A DNA stretch of 64,000 bases, taken from contig OZ024743.1 of NCBI GenBank assembly GCA_964016885.1, positions 232,314,001 through 232,378,000 of the forward strand, written 5' to 3'. The position numbers and the translations under genes are program-made. Source of the DNA: Eledone cirrhosa (taxonomy: Eukaryota). The notes under the pieces were generated by a model that worked only from the letters and a program-made list of their open reading frames with translations, was not told the origin of the DNA and ran no database searches. Below are positions 27,952 through 41,559 of this stretch, piece by piece; positions within the stretch are counted from its first letter, which is position 1, and every line of letters starts with the position of its first letter.

Positions 27952-27987
27952 CCCCAGTTGATGGATGTGAATCCGAAATATATAGGG
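27952..27987 (+). ncRNA. HHR-like motif with CAGUUGA core in the pLTR (second copy at 24698-24732)
   Basis: ccc-CAGTTGA-t-ggat gtga atcc-GAAA-tata-TA-ggg. Confidence 0.5.
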
Positions 27988-28190
27988 ACTATTAAATCTC
28001 TCCCAAGGTAACCCTCTCTGGTGTTGTTATTTTATTTTATCCTTTATACTCTTTCCTTCATTCTTCCACACATCTCATATATAACCACGCATCTCAACGT
28101 ACACCCACTTACATCTCTCTCTCCACCACCGGATCTTGTTACCCGGAGATTTACCCATTTGCATTGTCGAGGCTTCCAAACGACTTAAAG

Positions 28191-28228
<38 letters not shown>

Positions 28229-28440
28229 GGGATAACAAGTTATCGTTATAGGCAATCCACTTAGATGTAGTCCACTTTCGCGTGCTCTGATGAAAACGAC
28301 TGGTTATAAACAAAGTATTGGAGATCGATTGACGCGAAATCAGGCGGGTAGCGAACTCTTGACATACCAGATCAAAGAAACAATTGTCAGCAATGTGAAT
28401 AAAGCCCTTATTGTATAGCGAAACATGTCACTCTTCTTTC

Positions 28441-28597
<157 letters not shown>

Positions 28598-28604
28598 GCG
28601 TGTG

Positions 28605-28713
28605 TGTTTCTACTGTTGGGCACAAGGCCAGCAAATACCCAGTACATATCTGGTACTTTATTTTATCGACCCCGTAAGGATGAAAGGCAAAGTTAACCTC
28701 GGCGGGATTTGAA
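28605..28713 (-). mobile_element. SINE family 1, 5'-truncated
   Basis: Family core on the minus strand. Confidence 0.75.
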
Positions 28714-28943
28714 TATTATATATATATATTTATATATTAGTATATGGTGGTTCTTTACCGACACCTAAGTATGCAGATTGGAGCACTCGACGAAGTGCGC
28801 AGGTTGGTTTGTTTACTCCGGGGTAATGATACCAGTTCCTCGGAGGACTAAAAACACACTCAGGAGCTGGACATATCGATGAATTGACAGAGTGGAACAC
28901 ATTTCAACAACATGTTTACCTGTTATTTCTACATTAATTCGTA

Positions 28944-28996
28944 CCGCCTGATGAGGTCACAGCCATTAATAGCTGTCACTGAAATATATATGGCAG
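28944..28996 (+). ncRNA. Degenerate hammerhead motif (cleavage-site nucleotide is G); related to 40328-40383
   Basis: CTGATGA-ggtcacagc..gctgtcact-GAAA-tatata-TG-gcag. Confidence 0.45.
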
Positions 28997-29061
28997 AGAA
29001 TTTATAATGAACGAAGCCAAATTTAACATATTTGACTTACTTATATATAATATATATATAT

Positions 29062-29062
<1 letters not shown>

Positions 29063-29150
<88 letters not shown>

Positions 29151-29155
29151 CAGAC

Positions 29156-29220
<65 letters not shown>
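29063..29220. repeat. (GATA)n microsatellite with no LINE insertion
   Basis: Direct inspection. Confidence 0.95.
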
Positions 29221-29221
<1 letters not shown>

Positions 29222-29559
29222 GAGAGAGAGGGGGGGAGAGAAAGAGAGAAAAAGAAAGAGAGATAGATGTGACTGGATTCTGAGATTTCCCCGTCTCAAT
29301 TCCACATTGAAATCTTGCTCGACTCGCGGCTATATATGAGGCGACGAGCAGCATAGATACCGTCCAGCGGGAATTAAGGCGCTATGACGTTGGTGCGAAG
29401 TGAACTCATTAAACATGCAAGCATAAATAGCAAATACATAATAAATCAAAGTTACACGCAGTGCGGTAAATAAATATATACATATACAACAGGTCCGAAC
29501 ACAAAGGAACCAAACTGCTTCCATCTCTCCCGCTCTCCCCATATCTCACCATTATGAGC

Positions 29560-29765
29560 AAATGTGGGCCCATGCGCTAGCCGCCCGCAGCCCCTGTGGA
29601 CAGAATAGAGAAGGCGTTTCCCCGGAGGGTGGCGAGGGAGACATTCTGGAAGGGTTATTCCATCTCGCGAGGCTCACACCTGCGGTTCGCCAACTCTATG
29701 TCGATGGTGGTGAGTAGGGCGGCGGCCCTTTGGCTTTGGACAACAGAATGTCTCCACTGCTACGG
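29560..29765 (-). mobile_element. CRE-clade non-LTR retrotransposon 3' fragment
   Basis: Minus strand: PVAVETF..ELANRRCEPREME*PFQNVSLATLRGNAFSILS. Confidence 0.6.
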
Positions 29766-29954
29766 GCAAAGATACACTCATTGACATATTCAGAACGACA
29801 CCGACACAATGAAAGAGACATGTCATTACAAAATATCCCATACAAGTACTGTGACATACACATGGAAGAGTCACAAGGATAAAAAATAGTGATAAGCAGA
29901 AAGAAGCACAAAATTAACCCTCTTCACGTTTGAGGGATGTAAATCACTAATCAA

Positions 29955-30290
29955 TGACGTGACGTGTTGTGATTCCTTCTCCACCTCCAGCCTTTTTGCT
30001 TCGACCGGAAACCCGAGCACCGCCACAGGCAAGGCAGAGAAGAGGATGAAACCAAATACAAGGACTTGAGAGACTGCTTTCTTTCCGTACCGGTTGCCAT
30101 CGAGACAGGACATGTACTCGGCCTCCGCACTGCAGATTTCTTTCGTAAAATCGGAAAGACAGCAGCCCGCCTGAGGAAAGAGCCTCGTGAAGTGGAGTGC
30201 TTGTTGCAGCGAGTGTCACTGTCCATTCTACGCGGCAATATATTCGTTATATTTTCCGCGAGGCTCAGCTGAAACACTTCTCAAACTGGG
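29955..30290 (+). mobile_element. CRE-clade retrotransposon 3' fragment (RLE domain)
   Basis: CDSFS..KAE..TKYKDL..VPVAIETG..GLRTADFFRKIG..EPREVECLLQRVSLSILRGN. Confidence 0.65.
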
Positions 30291-30453
30291 GTGTATACAC
30301 TCTCACCCTTTCCTGTCTTCCTTTCTTTCGTTGCTTAGTTCCTTTTCTTTTACTGTTTTTCTGATTTTCCTCTCGTTGTTTTTTTCATTATTGCTATGTA
30401 TATTTTACAGTTTTTTTTACACGCGCACACACACATACACACACACACATACA

Positions 30454-30485
<32 letters not shown>

Positions 30486-30564
30486 AATATATATATACAC
30501 ACACACACATACAATATATATATATATATATCTGTGTGTGTGTGTTAGTGTGTGTGTGTAATTG

Positions 30565-30910
30565 GTAAAAGGGTAAAGAGCCCCTTCGCTCACGAATGAC
30601 CATGAGTTTTGAACCAAGAAACTTTCGTTCCGAGGTACAACACCTGGCAATGTATTCTTGTGGACACCCACCAGTCATCCATACATATCAGTCTCCCCTT
30701 TCCTCGCCACCGACGTTGTCCACGGGAAAGGCAGAGGCTAATACAGCTTGGTGCCTATGACGTCGCAACTCTACAACTGAGTAAACTGGAACAATGTGAA
30801 ATGTAAAATAAAGAGTCATATTCAATGACACAATGCATTGCACCGTCCAGGAATCGAAATCAAAATCTCACAATTGTAAATCCAACTCTCAAACAACTGT
30901 CACGCACATT
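30565..30910 (-). mobile_element. SINE family 2
   Basis: ccccttcgctcacgaatgaccatg and downstream sequence match 2850-3180. Confidence 0.75.
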
Positions 30911-30932
30911 CATATATATATCTATATATCTA

Positions 30933-31022
<90 letters not shown>

Positions 31023-31223
31023 ATGTGTGTGTGTATGCATGTTTATATAAATATATATATATATATAACGAGGGAAGAGTGGTAAGGAACCAGGTGGACC
31101 ATAACGCACCAGAGTACTCGATACTATGGATAGTAGAGTGGGTAATAGGAAATGAGCTATTTCTGAGCTGTTCAGAAATAGCTGTCGGAACGGCCGGAGC
31201 TCAGCCGTCGGGGTCCTGACTCT

Positions 31224-31273
<50 letters not shown>

Positions 31274-31277
<4 letters not shown>

Positions 31278-31660
31278 AGGGAGTATAACTTGGAGTTATT
31301 GTAGGTTCACCCGGCTGAGAACTCGATGTTTAGGTTCACTTCCGTGTCGAGCGAGACAGAGTGTATTATAGTGAAATAAAATAACAAGGACGATTGGTTA
31401 CTCCTTCATTACGTTTATTGGTTGGTGACGCGCGTTTCGCCACTGATCAGTTCGATACAGATCGAACCTTAAGCTGACCAGTGGCGAAACGCAGTCACCA
31501 ACCAATAAACGTAATGAAGGAGTAACCAGTCGTCCTTGTTATTTTATTTCACTATAATACACTTTGCCTAGCTCTACACCTCGACACTGAAGTGAACCTA
31601 AACATCGAGTTCTCACTCGGGTTAACCTACAATAACTCAAAGTTACACTCCCTGGATATA
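31274..31660. mobile_element. Palindromic mini-element Z folded at an HHR stem II
   Basis: 31274-31450 is inverted at 31473-31660; GAAA-cgcgcg-TC-acc half-ribozyme in the arms; (TA)n flanks. Confidence 0.8.
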
Positions 31661-32122
31661 TATATATTGTTATACTTTGGGAGGGTCATGTTGCTAATAA
31701 GAAACACACGCACCAGGTGCTTTCACTTCAATTTATTATAATACATTTATAAATTTAGGAATTTATAAATTTCCGGTTGGTTGGTTGGTTGGTTCCACAA
31801 CCAGATGGTTGTTTATATATTGTCAAAGTTCGTTCGTCACACATTCTGTGACCTCTTCAGTGACTGTGGATTCTTTTCTTTGTTTTTTGTGCCTCTCCTT
31901 TGTTCTGTCCTACGCCATCTTGTTTTTGTGTGTGTGTTGTGTGCTTAGTTTGTGCATGTGTTCCATCCGGGTGTCTGTGTGTGTTTATATTCGTTTATTT
32001 ATTTGTTTATTTACATGTTACTGGTTGGTTGTTTGTTCTATGTGCATGTGTGTTTTCAATTTGTCCTTAATTGTAAGTTGTGATGTTGCTGTTCCACTCA
32101 TGTTTTTTATTTAATTTTGGTT

Positions 32123-32163
<41 letters not shown>

Positions 32164-32352
32164 GGAGTGTAACTTGGAGTTATTGTAGGTTCATTTATGT
32201 TTATTGCCTCTGTGATTTGTCTAAACATTGCGTCTTTTCTGTGTGTAGATTCTATTTTTATTGGCAACATGACCCTCCCAAAGTATAACAATATCGGTTT
32301 CAACACACGTTTTCAGATAAAGAATCTTGCTAAACAAATTCATTCAGAAACG

Positions 32353-32427
<75 letters not shown>

Positions 32428-33720
32428 GGAAAAGAGTCAGGACCCCGACGGCTGAGCTCCGGCCGTTCCGACAGCTATTTCTGAACAGCTCAGAAATAGC
32501 TCATTTCCTATTACCCACTCTACTATCCATAGTATCGAGTACTCTGGTGCATTATGGTCCACCTGGTTCCTTACCACTCTTCCCTCGTTATATATATATA
32601 TATATTTATATAAACATGCATACACACATACACACATATATATGTATATATATATATGAAAAAAGTTTGTCCTTCATCAGTGATCTTCCAACTGTCATAG
32701 GCATTTCATATATATGTGTGTGTGTATGTATGTATATATATATATATATATATATATGAGGATGAGTGTGTGTGCCTTTATGTGTATATGAGTACGAGTC
32801 TTTATATGTAATTTAGATTAAATACAAGCGATATTACTGAACACGCCTCACCCTTCTATAACTCAACCTCACCACTAAGAAACGGCTATAGTTATCATCA
32901 GTATTGATGTCTCTGCTACTGCCGCTAGCTACGTCCAAAACATGTAGTTTGGCCGACCTTCAAAATGAGATATTTATCTTGTACAACACCTCAAGCTGGC
33001 CAATCACCTTGCCAATCTTACTGACCAGACGGCTCTAAATACTATCTGATGCAGATGCCTTCCGATCCCTTACATGAACTAAACAACACACACACATACA
33101 CACACAGAGACACACGTACATACACACACATACACACACAGAAACGCACACACACCTACTTACACACACATATACTCACAAATCTAAGCATAGCCGTGTG
33201 ATTTTGCTTTCACACACTTACAGACTATGTATTTGTGTGTATGTACAGCATGTATGTATGCATATATGTATGTATATTCATGTTTATATAATAAGAGGTT
33301 ACTGGAGATAAAATAGATGCCCTATTGTAATGTAGAAATATGGGAGTGATAATGATTATGCTTTGCTTAGTCGAACACAAAATAAACATACTTAGACACA
33401 TAGCTATAGCGGTCTTGATACATTCACACACATATTTGTGACCATATATATGCTTACGGTTATACTCAGATACGCAGATATATACACATATATAGAGTAT
33501 GCGTTTTACTACCCAGATGTTGTGCTTTAATTTCTCTGGCTTGTATTCAGTAGCACCATTTTTTGTATAGTGTCAATATAAATGTTACTATAGCAAGTAT
33601 TGTAACATACAGGGCACCATATCTTCCCACGAACATGCTTAATCCCCCTCCCCCTACTTTTACCTATGTATATTTACATACAAGCATCTCTCTCTCCCCC
33701 TCTCTCTCTCTCTCTCTCTC

Positions 33721-33771
<51 letters not shown>

Positions 33772-33930
33772 TGTATATATATATATGTATATACAGTATA
33801 TATATATATATGTATATACAGTATATATATATATACTGTATATACATATATATATATACACTGTATATATATATATATACACTGTATATATATATATATA
33901 CACTGTATATATATATATATATATACACTG

Positions 33931-34030
<100 letters not shown>

Positions 34031-34034
34031 TATG

Positions 34035-34119
<85 letters not shown>

Positions 34120-34183
34120 TGTATATATATACAGTGTATATATATATATGTATATACAGTATATATATATATATACTGTATAT

Positions 34184-34291
34184 CAAATCCCACCGAGGTT
34201 GACTTTGCCTTTCATCCTTACGGGGTCGATAAAATAAAGTACCAGTAATGCACTGGGTAATTGCTGGCCTTGTGCCTAAAAGTAGAAACAA
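34184..34291 (+). mobile_element. SINE family 1, 5'-truncated
   Basis: tcaaatcccaccgaggttgactttgcctttcatccttacggggtcg..agtagaaaca. Confidence 0.78.
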
Positions 34292-34612
34292 GTATATATA
34301 TATATATATATTTATTTACATTTATATACAGATAGGCAGCTCAATCTGTCTGCCTATCTGTATATAAGCAGACTGAAAGCGGCAGAAATGATGGGGAGGA
34401 CAGATAGATAAATATAGAAATGGATACCGCCAAAATTCCCTTCCACGCGTTTCATGTCATATTGTCAAAATTTAGGACCAAAATCTTTGATAGTAGACTT
34501 TAAAATATGGGATTGAGTCAATTTCGCATAAAATGCTCGACCATGATTTCGAAAATGCTGACATTTGTTTTGTTCATTCATACGTTCAGAAGGAAAACAT
34601 ATCAGTAATTGC

Positions 34613-34856
34613 CTTTTTCTTCTTCTTCACCCACATTCCTGAGTGGGAGGTGGGGGAAGAGTTCTCAAACACTCCTTCCAGCGGGTCCTATTAGAAGCGA
34701 CCGTCTCCAAATGATCGGACTGGAACCCCTAGCCAGCCCAGCCAAGCTCATGGATTTTATCCAAGCAACTTGCTCGGGTTATACCCGTGGGTCTCATGCT
34801 GGTTAGTTTTGCCTATAAAATCTGTCTCGCGATTCTTTCTTGAGATATTCTAACCA
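34613..34856 (-). mobile_element. Short retroposon (LINE 3' end or SINE) with (GAA)n tail and TSD
   Basis: Direct repeat acatatcagtaattg at about 34597-34611 and 34856-34870; ttcttcttcttc tail. Confidence 0.6.
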
Positions 34857-36083
34857 CATATCAGTAATTGTGTAGTTGACAATATAGAGCTGTCTTCTTG
34901 ATTTTAAATAAAAGTAATGTCAATAATATCTTTAATTGAAGTTAATATGTGCTTTTTATTTAATTTATATTTTTTATATTCATTCTCGTTTTTCAACGTT
35001 GTTTCTCTCAGTACTTGCAGTTGCTTTCATTCGGCCACTCTTGAAATTTAGAGGCCTTCCTTGTTCTCTGCAACTTCTTTATGAGTACTGTTGTATTGCG
35101 GGGAGTTTGTCAGCACTCATCATGTCTGATATACTCCTACGTATTCTCTTTGACCACGCCTATCGTTATATCGACATTAGTATATTACCTGTAAACATAT
35201 TCAAGTTATATTTGTCTGCCATCTACCTGTAATGGAACGCATGAATATTATGCATTAGTTATGAATTTCTATAATTCATGACTTATAATTTCAAAATATG
35301 ACAAGAAGACCACAACGAGTGAAAGGGCTAGTGAACATGATTTATATGTAATTTATCGAGTCTTACTAACTCTGAACGAGGAGAAAGTTTAGATAGAAAG
35401 AACTTATTAATGTGAAATAATTATTCCTGCTGTTTGTTGACTCTGCTAATCTTATGTAATTAACACGTATCGTTCTGTATCACATGAATTCACATTAGCA
35501 AGACATTCTTGAAAGATACAAGACAACACTCTGACTGCATCACATTAAGAATTAATCTCCAATCTATAATACTGCAAATTTTCCCAATAATATGACCAAT
35601 AGCAAAGATGGTGTAACCATTTGAATTAAGAAACACATTTTAAATATCTTCTGCTAAATAATTACAGGATATTAAGAATTAATGTTGACACACCAAAGGA
35701 GCCAAAATTGCGAGTGGAATTCCGAAGTTGAAAACTGCGGTAATCCATCGGGGATATGTACAGGATCTTTGCTATAGTCTCAAACTGTCACTTTATACAA
35801 CACTAATAATTGGAGATTGAGTTCTTTTAAAGAACACCACTCTGTCGCAAGATTTCAGGCTAAATCTAAGATCTGAGAACAACGTCTCCCTCAAAATCAT
35901 AGGGAGTATCTTACATGAGAAATATGGTAATAAAAGAGTTAACACAATAGTGCTTATTTCATAAAGAATAAATAGATTTCTAAAATAATGTAACATTTTG
36001 AAAGCATATAATAATATAGAAATGGTAATGGTAAAACAATGCAAATATATTTCAGTAAAAAATAGAAAAAATAGGTTAGTTTA

Positions 36084-36129
<46 letters not shown>

Positions 36130-36134
36130 TAAAT

Positions 36135-36450
36135 TAACTAAAATCGCGGGTGTATAACCACACAAACTCTTTCAAGGACCGGCGCAAGAGGCACTCTACT
36201 AGGCTGGCGGACCTGGTGTGGGACTTGAAACACAAAGGCAACCTGTATGCCCTCAACTGGAGTATCGTTCGGCATGCGAATGCATATTCGGCTGGAAATA
36301 GAAAGTGTAGGCTATGCCTATCCGAGGCCATGGAGATAGTCAGACTGAAGGATGATGCGGTCAACCTGAAATCGGCAATAATCATGACGTGCAGACACCA
36401 GAGAAGGTGCACGCTCTCCGCATGGAATCCACCGGGCAGCCCAATATAAA
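36135..36450 (+). pseudogene. PLE GIY-YIG C-terminal fragment (Hydra-like), 5'-truncated at (TA)n
   Basis: KSRVYNHTNSF..HSTRLADLVWDLK..WSIV..AYSAGNRKCRLCLSE..CRH. Confidence 0.75.
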
Positions 36451-37272
36451 GGCATACGGCGGAGCGCACGCCGACCAGAGCGGCGAAACGGGTTCAAGGG
36501 ATCAGACACCATACCCTGTTGACTATATAAGCCCCGGGGGGCAAGCCGAAATAACCCAGGATGCCTACCCGACTCTGCACGTCACCCTAGGCAAAAACAC
36601 CACCTGGGCCGGGACAGGCTGACGCGGATTCCATTGATACTCAGTCAAGTGCTTTACTCCAATAAGACACTATACCTGGACCACAGTCACATACTCCAGT
36701 ATGGCCAGTCCACGCCCCCCTCCCATGCATGTGTATCTTTTCAGTAGAGAGTGCATACTCTCCAAGCATTCCTGTTTGTAACTCCTAATGTATTTTCCAT
36801 ATACAGACCCACGTGTGTATCTCATACTTCTCTTGTGTACTCTCTCATATGCATACACGTTCCTTCTTCTTGTTTTATATATATTCTGCACACATTTTCT
36901 ATGTACGGTCTGCGCATACTATTTACTGTAATACCATGAACGCACATTATGTGGCTTTACGTGAAGATTCCATACGTGGATTCCATAGGTGGATTCGCAA
37001 CGTAACAACATCTCTGTAGGCACATATAACAAGGTGCACCCTTTCATGTATAGCCCACTGTGTATATTTACGTGCCGTTATATACATATTTTTTAAATAT
37101 ATTTTTAAATATATTTTTATATTTATATATATATATATATATGAGTGTGTGTGTGTGTGTGTGTGTGTTTATATATGTATGTATTTATAACAAGATGCAT
37201 CCTTTTATGTATGACCCATTGTGTATTTTTATATGACTTTGTGTGTATATTCTTTTTATGTATATATATATA

Positions 37273-38391
37273 CTAGCAGTTTAACCCGGCGTTGCTCGGG
37301 TTTGTTCATTTGCTATGAACAGTTACATACAGGTAAACGTGGCTTGAAAGCGAATAAGCTTATCAATTAAGTGCATAAAGCAGTTGAACCGGTTATTAAA
37401 AGTTACGAACCAAGATGTGTTAATAAATAGCGAATTTAGCAGACTAAAGTTGCAAGATGGTGGCCCTGATGCCGCTGAGTGGCAAGGGGGAGTGTCAATT
37501 GACCAGTGAATAAGTAGAAAGTGAGTACTAAGTAAGTTGTATGAAGAATGCACGTCAAATAGTAGGTCAAACCTGTAAGCCAAACCCGTCTGAGTTATAG
37601 CACAAAAGAGCGTAAACAGGGGCGATATTTTTGAGCACACTGGAAAATAAATCATTGAAATCAGATGTTCCTGGAAAAAGTTTTCATTATTTTTTTGTCT
37701 CATATTGCGAAAAACAAAGAAAAAAATTACAAAAAGAGTCGTTATGACTATGTTTGTTGTATAAATTGATGTGTTGCTTAGTTATCAAAGTTTATTTCGC
37801 GTTCCTGAACGAAGAGGCGGAATGATCTATTATAGAGAGAGGGAAGAGCGACGGAGAGAGTGAAGCTAAGAAACCATAAGTGAGTAAAGCAGTTAAATTA
37901 TAGAGAGGAGGAATAATCTATTTTAGAGAGAGGGGAGAGCGACGGAGAGAGTAAAGCTATGTTTGTTGTTGTATAAAATGATGGGTTGCATAGTTTTCAA
38001 AGTTTGTGTCGCGTTCCTTGAAAAGAAATTTTGTCGCTGCTCTAAATTGTAATGGTGATAGGGTAGTAGACGGAGGCAGTAACCTTTTAAAGAGAGTTGC
38101 AAAGGAGATTGAGGGGCAGTAGAGGGAGTGATGAACCTTTTTAAAGAGAGTTGCAACATGTATGTAGTTTCATAGATTGTTGAGGGTAGTAGTGAGAGTG
38201 AATAAGCATGTATTTAGGTTTATCGATTTTTTTCATAGAAGCAGGAAAGATTTGGCAAACTTTATTACGCGGTGATCATCCTTGGTAAATGTGGAGCACA
38301 TTGGAAACATATCATCAAAATCGGTAGAGAAATGTGGAAATGTATAAAAATCATACACAGACAGACATCTTCCGTTTTATATATATAGAGA
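37273..38391 (-). mobile_element. Non-autonomous Helitron
   Basis: Minus strand begins A|TCTCTATATATATAAAA and ends with hairpin cccgagcaacgccggg followed by CTAG|T; no TSD. Confidence 0.8.
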
Positions 38392-39114
38392 TATATATTT
38401 TTATATTTTTTAATGCGTGCGCGGATAGGTATATCAATATGCGCATATTTGTAAGAGTGTATATGAACCAGTGCGTGTGTGTTTGTACAAACACCTGTGT
38501 AGGGAAAGGGCTTGTTTGTGTGTATATATCTGTGTTTGCGAGTGAGTGTGTATCTGTGTGTGCATAATATGTATATGGGTACGTTTATATATATATATAT
38601 ATATGTGTGTGCGTGGGTGGAAGGGGAGGTCTATGTATATATCTGTGCTTTTTTGTGTGTACGGGTATATATATATACGCGTATGCATGTGTATGCACAT
38701 GTGTGTGTGTATGTTGATGTATATAAGCATGTGGGCATGTGTCTGTGTATGTAAGTGCTTCTCTGGATGCATGTACGCGTATGTTTATGTGTTTATATGT
38801 TCTCCTTAAATATGTGTGTATAGCGAGCGTCTATGCGTACGGCTGTCGTTATCTATGTGATTGTGTGTGTGTGTGTGTGGCGCGCTCGCGTGGATGTGTG
38901 AACTTACAAACACAGCAGTAATTCCTTGAAGTGTAGCATACATGGGACAGCTAACGCCCTGATGGTCGGCGGACTGGTACCTGTGGTCAGAATTATGATA
39001 ACGTAGACATCCAGCAGCCGATCACGGGACGCGCGAAGAGGATGAAGTTTTTGACGGTACTGGCCTAGAGGGTTAGATAGCCCAGTGAGAGATTATGCTC
39101 CGAAATCATTAGAC

Positions 39115-39202
39115 GTGTCCGACGAACCTGCAGGTCCAGAATCAGACAGATGCACACACTGATCGCGTCCCGAGCTGTGCGCCGGCGAAACAATTGTAAC
39201 AC
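39115..39202 (+). ncRNA. Degenerate hammerhead motif (CCGACGA core, long stem II)
   Basis: gtgt-CCGACGA..gccggc-GAAA-caattg-TA-acac, 45 nt before (TA)n. Confidence 0.45.
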
Positions 39203-39245
39203 ACAATAAATTGAGTTCAGATGCATCACTGATTTGTTTGTTTTC

Positions 39246-39322
<77 letters not shown>

Positions 39323-39560
39323 ATCAGAATGACTTGTATTTTAATTTCACTGTCCCAACTTCTTATATTATGGAAAAAATATATGTGTCTGTATGGACAT
39401 ATATATATTTGGAGGTCATTTCTCTGTGTGTGGGTGTATGTATGTGTATATGTGTGTGTGTGTGTATGTATGTGCGGGTGTGTGTGTATATATATATATA
39501 TATATGTGTATATGTGTGTGTATGTATGTGTGTATCTGGATGTATGTGTATGTATATATA

Positions 39561-39593
<33 letters not shown>

Positions 39594-40064
39594 GTGTGTG
39601 TATGTGTATATATGTGTGTGTGTGTGTATGTGTGTATGTATATGTATGTGTGTGTGTATGTATGTGTGTATATGTATATATATATATATATATATGTATA
39701 TGTATATGTATATGTATGTATGTGTGGATGAAGGTATGTGTGTATATATAGGTGTAAGTGCACTAAATCCCTTTCTATCACGCTCCACTCTCCTACCCAC
39801 CACAGGAAGATATGTGTATGTATATTGCTTCCACCCCCTCACTGACCAGCAGCTGGCCAGTTGGCCATTGCTAAATCTGACCTTTATAAAATAACCCACA
39901 CCCCAAATAACTCCTCATTCACTACCAGAAAGGGACACAGCAGTCAATCTGTTGTTGCTACCTAGATGAAAACTACTATGAAATCCCACAATATATTTTA
40001 TACTTGAATTTTCAAATCTCAAATTTTAACTCTTCATATTATTAATTTTTCTTAATATTAATCA

Positions 40065-40110
40065 ACATTTGAAAAGATGGCTTTTGCAGACCCATCGAAA
40101 CCGGTCATTT
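40065..40110 (+). ncRNA. Minimal hammerhead motif, U3-A8 variant
   Basis: at-TTGAAAA-gatgg..ccatc-GAAA-ccgg-TC-at. Confidence 0.55.
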
Positions 40111-40243
40111 TTTATACCCTTTATTATTTCCTTACCTTATAAAATTATATGTTTTTTCACAAAAAAGTATTCTGTCTCTTATATATTCCATGTGCCAACC
40201 TCAATTTTCTCTATAACCTTCGTTTTGTGTAGAAAATTACACT

Positions 40244-40287
<44 letters not shown>

Positions 40288-40327
40288 GCGAAACAAGTCA
40301 ATTGCATGAACTCATAATCCTTTATTT

Positions 40328-40383
40328 ACTGTTATATATATTTCGAAGATAGCCATTGAATTGTTATGACCTCATCAGGCAGT
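40328..40383 (-). ncRNA. Hammerhead motif
   Basis: Minus strand: actgc-CTGATGA-ggtcataac..ggctatcttc-GAAA-tatata-TA-acagt. Confidence 0.55.
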
Positions 40384-41559
40384 TAGTCAGTTCTTAGATA
40401 TGCCAGCTCTGTGTTTATGGTGTTGTTGGTATCAGAGCCTTGGGACATATGAGCTTGTTAGGAATAATTGACTGTTGTCTTAATTCTCATTGGTCAGTTT
40501 GTAGATGCTAGTAGGGTTGGTATTTGGCCTCAAAGAAGCAGGTGGTGTTGTAAAGTTCAAACCGTCAGGCAAGATGGCAATAGTTCCATATGACTGATTT
40601 TCACAAAAAGCATTCCTGGTCAGATATATATTCAATTAAGGTTAATAGTATGAAATTCGATACTACAGGTCATTCTTAAATTGAGGAATTTATGTTGAGT
40701 GGTGCTACTGAAAATGATAAATAAAAGGACTTTAGTAGGTTGACTTGCACATACATTCACAACCACTAACACAGACATACACACACATCCAGACATACAA
40801 ATTGAGGAATTAATGTGGGGTGGTAATACTGAAAATTATGGTCAGAGTCAAATACTTAGAAAGTTTCGAGATTTTAGAAATAAAAAGATTTATGTTGATT
40901 GACTTGTACATACACTCACACCTACCCCCTCAGACACACACACACATCTACACACACAAATCCATACAGGTGTGTATATACATACATGTACGTACAAGTG
41001 CATATATATATATATATATGCAACAGAGGCCCCCATGTCCAAGTATAAGGAAGACATAAAACTAGGTGGGTGTTATTTTTAAAGAAAAGTAAAGTGGGTG
41101 TTTGGAAAAGTTATTGTTAAGACTAGACAAAAGTAGAGTGTGATATATATCTTCACAGCAATAGCTTGGGGCTTTGGAGCTTAAGCGAATCCCTTAGTAC
41201 AGACATATATACCCACCCACACTTTTATACTTCTGGATGCGCGTGCATGTCTATATACACATGAGCACTGATACAAGAGAGCATATACAAATATACTCTT
41301 AAGCATACATTCATGCGTATAGGGTTAGTACCTTGGGATAATTGTTCTTCCTGTGTGGGCTACTCCCGGGCGGGAGGGGTACTCAGGTTCAATAAACGTG
41401 ATTTTGTTGACTCCTAACCAGTAAAGGATCCGGTGGACAATCCACCGTAGGGACCACAAACTATGGGTGGTTGTTGTTGTCCATTGGTCATTGGTACGGG
41501 GTGTAGGGGACCTACAGGGGGGGGGCCTTAACCGGGGTTTATCCATATAGCTTGAGGAA

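Larger units (their letters stand above)
24040..28194 (+). mobile_element. Full-length Penelope-like element with direct pLTRs (24040-24938 and 27296-28194)
   Basis: Highly similar direct repeats of about 900 bp that include the GIY-YIG C-terminus; 3' end in (TA)n; RT ORF between them. Confidence 0.92.

Noticed and set aside
24040-28194. LTR retrotransposon interpretation of the 900-bp direct repeats
   Set aside because: The repeats include GIY-YIG coding sequence, lack TG..CA ends and integrase, and the RT is PLE-type.
28285-28345. CTGATGA..GAAA as a hammerhead
   Set aside because: No convincing stems I-III could be paired.
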